30,704 bases of DNA from Candidatus Coprovivens sp. (GTDB taxonomy: Bacteria > Bacillota_I > Bacilli_A > RF39 > UBA660): contig JBJFGS010000045.1 in NCBI GenBank assembly GCA_051892935.1, forward strand, positions 1-30,704, written 5' to 3'. Below the pieces are notes generated by a model. It worked only from the letters and a program-made list of their open reading frames with translations, was not told the origin of the DNA and made no database searches. Positions 27,968 through 30,704 of this stretch are shown here, in pieces (position 1 is the stretch's first letter; every line of letters begins with the position of its first letter). The position numbers and the translations under genes were made by a program.

Positions 27968-29386
27968 ATGAAAAATAAATTTAACCTAATTAGAATACCA
28001 TTAATAATATTTAATCTTATTATGTCCATATTATTAATACTTGATATACATAAACTAAATATTCTACCAACAAAATACTTTCTATTAGTTATAGGTATAA
28101 TAGGATTAATAAATATTATTACAATAGTATTACTATTATTAAAAAATAAAATAATAAGAATAATAGGTATAATTATATCTATATTATATATAATACTATC
28201 TATAATAGGATTAAACTATACAACCAACACTAATAGTTTCTTAAATAAAGCCTTCAATAATAATATTATAGAAACATCTACTTACAACGTAATAGTATTA
28301 AAAGATAGTTCCTATAATAAAATAGAAGAATTAAAAAATAAAAAACTAGGTTATTTAAAAGAAGAAAAAAATCCTATAGAATTATTAAATGATATTGTAA
28401 CAACTGAATCAACAGAATACGAAGATTTATATGAATTATATGATTTACTTGTTGATAAGAAAATAGATTCTATGCTAATAGATGAAGCTTATATCGATGT
28501 ATTAGAAGATGACTATTCTGATATTGATGATAATATTAAAATACTATATACATTTAATTTAGAAACAGAAATAGAAAAGAAAGATGAAGAAAGTTCTAAT
28601 TTAGTAAGACCAATTAATATATACATATCAGGTAGTGATTCTCGTAGTAATAATATTAGTAATAAATCAAGATCAGATGTTAATATGATTGCAACAATTA
28701 ATCCAAACACTAATAAAATACTATTAACTAGTATTCCAAGAGACTACTATGTTCAAGTTCATGGTCAAACAGGATTAAAAGATAAACTAACTCATTCAGG
28801 TATATATGGTTTAGAAATATCAGCAAAAACCATTGAAGACTTATTTGATGTAAAAATAGATTATAGTATAAAAATAGGCATGAATGCTGTAGAAGAAGTT
28901 GTTGATCTTGTTGGTGGAATAGAAATCTACAGTGATAAAACATTTAGATCATATCATTTACCAGGCTGGACAGTCCAAGAAGGAATGAACGATATGGATG
29001 GTAAAAAAGCCTTAGCTTATGCAAGAGAACGATATGCATATGCTAGCGGTGACAGACATCGTATTCAAAATCAACAGCAAGTATTAGAAGCTGTCCTTAA
29101 AAAAGTGCTATCAGATAAAAGTATATTATTAAAATATGATGATTTACTAGAATCATTAAGTAATCTATATCGTACAGATATTCCTCGTGATGTAATAACA
29201 GCCTTTGTAAAAGAACAACTAGAAACAATGGATACTTGGAAATTTGAAACACAATGGGTAGATGGAAAAGGTGCATCATTGCCAACTCATACAGCACCAA
29301 AATACAAAAGATATGTTATGATTCCATATGAAGAAGACGTTGAAAAAGCAAGTTTAAAAATGAAATCAGTTTTATCAGAGAAGTAA
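27968..29386 (+). CDS. LCP (LytR-CpsA-Psr) family glycopolymer ligase, CpsA-like
   Basis: 3 TM helices, extracellular domain, NIYISGSD, RSDVNM, SIPRDYYV, DKLTHSG, ARERY, GD..R..NQ. Confidence 0.92.
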   Translation: MKNKFNLIRIPLIIFNLIMSILLILDIHKLNILPTKYFLLVIGIIGLINIITIVLLLLKNKIIRIIGIIISILYIILSIIGLNYTTNTNSFLNKAFNNNIIETSTYNVIVLKDSSYNKIEELKNKKLGYLKEEKNPIELLNDIVTTESTEYEDLYELYDLLVDKKIDSMLIDEAYIDVLEDDYSDIDDNIKILYTFNLETEIEKKDEESSNLVRPINIYISGSDSRSNNISNKSRSDVNMIATINPNTNKILLTSIPRDYYVQVHGQTGLKDKLTHSGIYGLEISAKTIEDLFDVKIDYSIKIGMNAVEEVVDLVGGIEIYSDKTFRSYHLPGWTVQEGMNDMDGKKALAYARERYAYASGDRHRIQNQQQVLEAVLKKVLSDKSILLKYDDLLESLSNLYRTDIPRDVITAFVKEQLETMDTWKFETQWVDGKGASLPTHTAPKYKRYVMIPYEEDVEKASLKMKSVLSEK

Positions 29387-29448
29387 TACATAATGTATTG
29401 CTTTTTTTATGTAATAACATTAAAATTATAATAGAGAAGAGTGGTATT

Positions 29449-30210
29449 ATGAAAGTTAAAGAAAGTCCAAGAGAAAAAAAGAATACTAAAAAAACATCTC
29501 CAAACAATGAGGAAAAAAATTATGAAAATATCAAAATACCAAACATAGACACAATAAAAGAACAAAAAAGAAAAGAATTTGAAATAAAAACTAATGTCAT
29601 AATCACTGAAATGAGAAAAAGTGGTAGTTCAGAGGATGACATATTAGAATATATAGATGATTTAAAAGCTAAATTTGAACTAGAACAAAAAAAATCATCA
29701 GCAAAAGAATCAATAGAAAATCCTAAAAAAGAAATGCAAAAAGTTCTAGAAAAGTACTTTCAAAGTTTCATTAATTACGATAAAGAGCATCAATCACCAG
29801 AAGATTTTAAAAAGTTAAAGCAAAAATATGATGAACTAATTAAAAATATGCTTGATATGTCAGAAGAAGAACTCGAAAATCAATATGAGATAATCAATAA
29901 AGCAAGAAAAGAATATTATAAAAAATATAATGAACGTATTATTTTCAAAGAATGCTTAAAAAAAGAAATATCTTTAAAAATGAAAAGCGGTATATTAAAA
30001 GAAGAAGATATTCCAGAATTTAAAAGTAGAAGAATAGAATCGTTTCTAGCTAAACAATTTGATTACGCCATTATCTTAAAAGAAAATGTTTATAAAAGCA
30101 TAACAGAAAATACAACAGGTGGAACAAAACTAGTAGAAGTTGAATCATTACCAGATATAAAAAGTGAAATCAAACGAATAAAAGCTAATTTAGAAAAGAA
30201 AAAACAATAA
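29449..30210 (+). CDS. Hypothetical charged coiled-coil protein
   Basis: Long K/E-rich ORF; probable ATG at 29449 because the TTG at 29398 lies in a terminator hairpin. Confidence 0.6.
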   Translation: MKVKESPREKKNTKKTSPNNEEKNYENIKIPNIDTIKEQKRKEFEIKTNVIITEMRKSGSSEDDILEYIDDLKAKFELEQKKSSAKESIENPKKEMQKVLEKYFQSFINYDKEHQSPEDFKKLKQKYDELIKNMLDMSEEELENQYEIINKARKEYYKKYNERIIFKECLKKEISLKMKSGILKEEDIPEFKSRRIESFLAKQFDYAIILKENVYKSITENTTGGTKLVEVESLPDIKSEIKRIKANLEKKKQ

Positions 30211-30234
30211 AATGCTTGAAAAAAGCATTTTTTT
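30209..30234 (+). terminator. Intrinsic terminator
   Basis: AAAATGCTT-GAAAA-AAGCATTTT followed by Ts. Confidence 0.65.
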
Positions 30235-30321
30235 AAACCCTAAATCATAGAATTAATTCAAGACATAAAATGGTCTTATAACAACATAAATAATAATTAT
30301 CAAAAAAATATAAAGAAAAAT

Positions 30322-30662
30322 TTGACAAGGTCATTTTATGTGATATAATGAGATTACTTTTGAGGAAAAAAGTGGTAAAAAGTAACACAAAAAAGATTTT
30401 TTATAAAAATATCAACTAAAAGTTGACATAAAAAAAATCAAGTGGTATATTAAACACCGTTACCGAAAAAAGGTAAAAAAATATATCAAAATCGGTCAAT
30501 AAAAAAACTTGAAAAAAGTTTAAGAAAAAGTTGACAATAAAAAAACAAAGTGGTATATTATTCAACGTTGCTGAAAAAAGCAAAAATATACCAAAAGTTA
30601 GCTAAAAAAATATTAAAAAATATTAAAAAATAGTTGACTTAAAAGAAACGATTTGGTATATT
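30322..30662 (+). promoter_or_regulatory. Four tandem sigma-A promoters, probable rRNA operon leader
   Basis: TTGACA 30322 / TGaTATAAT; TTGACA 30423 / TGgTATATT; TTGACA 30531 / TGgTATATT; TTGACT 30634 / TGgTATATT. A-tracts upstream of each. The window ends in ATGATCT, which would begin the boxA-like TGATCTTTGAAAA of Bacillota rrn leaders. Confidence 0.75.
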
Positions 30663-30704
30663 ACTAATGCAACCAAGAAAAAGCTTGGTAGCAAGAAATG
30701 ATCT

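Noticed and set aside
1372-29507. All short minus-strand ORFs in the track (60-110 aa)
   Set aside because: They are mostly antisense shadows of strong + strand genes, with low-complexity F/L/I composition and no RBS or motifs
30380-30704. Repeats as CRISPR, iterons or a replication origin
   Set aside because: The conserved parts are -35/-10 boxes; no identical repeats or DnaA boxes seen

Overview
Very AT-rich bacterial DNA using standard code 11 (TGA is a stop), with every credible gene on the + strand. The gene content suggests a low-GC Bacillota/Bacilli genome; an uncultured RF39-like lineage is a guess. 1-15.9 kb is a Wzx/Wzy capsule/EPS locus. It has a duplicated Wzz/CpsC-CpsD-priming transferase module, a CpsB phosphatase fused to a priming transferase, an inserted Rpn (PD-(D/E)XK) gene plus an orphan, and a beta-propeller-GT2 fusion. 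16-20.6 kb is a toxin-antitoxin/defence-like islet. It holds a Panacea/SocA antitoxin with an unknown membrane partner, a decayed Zn-finger/DUF4065 antitoxin, a HigB-like plus HigA-IrrE pair and dinD. The HigBA module is bracketed by two copies of a 138-bp structured element (1 mismatch) that looks like a pseudoknotted small RNA with its own terminator; this is the most unusual signal in the window. 20.7-30.2 kb has LemA, DUF2207, membrane/surface proteins, dapF, galE, an ASCH protein and an LCP protein. The window ends in four tandem sigma-A promoters that probably drive an rRNA operon beyond the edge. All family calls come from motif recognition by eye; no database searches were run.
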